NCBI RefSeq assembly: GCF_006345805.1
Contig: NC_043022.1
Location: 3,844,001-3,908,000 of the forward strand
Origin: Octopus sinensis
Lineage: Eukaryota
Length of the DNA stretch: 64,000 nucleotides
Reading direction: 5' to 3'
The notes under the pieces were generated by a model. The model was not told where the DNA came from and ran no database searches. It saw only the letters and a list, made by a program, of their open reading frames with translations. Below are positions 63,143 through 64,000 of this stretch, one piece after another (position 1 is the stretch's first letter; every line of letters begins with the position of its first letter). The position numbers and the translations under genes are program-made.

Positions 63143-63180
63143 GGTATGACGTTTCGAGCGGAGCTCTTCGTCGGAAATAA
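63143..63180 (-). ncRNA. Minimal hammerhead-like motif (Penelope-type), second copy
   Basis: CCGACGA-A-GAGC(UCC)GCUC-GAAA-C-GUC; perfect stem II and GUC cleavage triplet; U4 is replaced by C and stem I is weak. Confidence 0.5.
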
Positions 63181-64000
63181 AGAAGGAAAGAGAGGAAGAG
63201 AGAGGAAAGAAAGATCCCAAAGCGGGCAACAGGGTAGAGAAAAAAAACGACTGGTTGTTACGAGTTACACATGGTGAAAGGCGGAATAGTTTACGATAAC
63301 AAGAGCAAAGTAGGTTTTTAAGGGCCAAAAGAGTGGAGACAGGTTGGTAACGCAACAGTGTGTGTTATGTGTGAGTGTGTGCGTGTGCGTGTGTGTATGT
63401 GTGTGTGTGAGGCGAGATAAAAAACAAAAAAAATATGTATGTGTTAGTGTGTGCGTCTGTGTGTAGGCGTGTGAGGTAGGGCGAGACAGTGGTAGGCATA
63501 GCAGAAAGTGGTCAGTAGTAAGAAAAAGAAGGAAGGAGGAGGGAGGGGAAGGGGTGGGGGCGTATGTAGCGTGCCAGCGTGTGTTGAGTAGTAGTGTGTT
63601 GTGTGGTTGTCCAGGTTGTGTAGTATTAATGGCGAGTAGATTGAATGTGTGTAAGAGTAATATATATTTAAGCAATGTGTGTATATGTGGCGCGTGTGGT
63701 AACAAAAAGGAGGTGGTTAAGGAAAAGGACTCCAGCTGAGGGGAAGATGGAAGAGTGGTCCCGCGGAGAAGGGCGTGGGAAAACCCAACGACAAGCGACG
63801 GTCCCAGGAACGAGCGGGAGGTCTCGTCGGGTCCAAGAGCGAGGTGCATGCGGCGCGTATGCGTGCGCGAACCGGCGCAAGCGCGTGTGTGCGCGCGCCT
63901 GCGAGTATGCGCGTAAGTATGTATGTGTGTGGATGTGAGTGTGTCTGTGTGTATGTCTGGGTGTCCAGTTGTCCGAAGAATGTATGTGAGTATGTGTGTA

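Larger units (their letters stand above)
61320..63300. mobile_element. Cluster of Penelope-like element terminal-repeat remnants
   Basis: Recurrent module aatctcaa..ttaatcagccgaaatt at about 62000 and 62680, with an inverted copy at about 61325; hammerhead-like motifs; TA microsatellite interruptions. Confidence 0.5.

Noticed and set aside
63740-63920. CpG-rich stretch with plus-strand gtaagt as a first exon
   Set aside because: Continuous with the adjacent repeat cluster; cannot be distinguished from element sequence at the window edge.

Overview
Repeat-saturated, AT-rich eukaryotic DNA. The tRNA-derived SINE families, RTE/R4/Tx1 LINE remnants, Penelope-type fragments and microsatellite density point to an octopod cephalopod (Octopus sp.; inferred from recalled repeat families, no database search run). 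The main gene is a complete PEX2 (peroxin-2, C3HC4 RING E3 ligase) on the minus strand. It has 8 coding exons from ATG at 49719 to TAA at 5231, encodes 302 aa, has GT-AG splice sites throughout, and all seven introns are phase 0. Upstream on the same strand are two well-spliced exons (59342-59442, 56368-56586) of an unrecognised small gene. Its last exon also carries an overlapping Arg/Lys/Cys-rich protamine-like frame. The rest is transposon-derived: SINEs, MITE tandem arrays, a Helitron-like element, long foldback palindromes, minimal hammerhead-ribozyme-like motifs in Penelope-type repeats and a two-variant pentamer satellite. Most ORFs in the supplied track are microsatellite or SINE artefacts. 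Exon coordinates were counted by hand; repeat boundaries are approximate.
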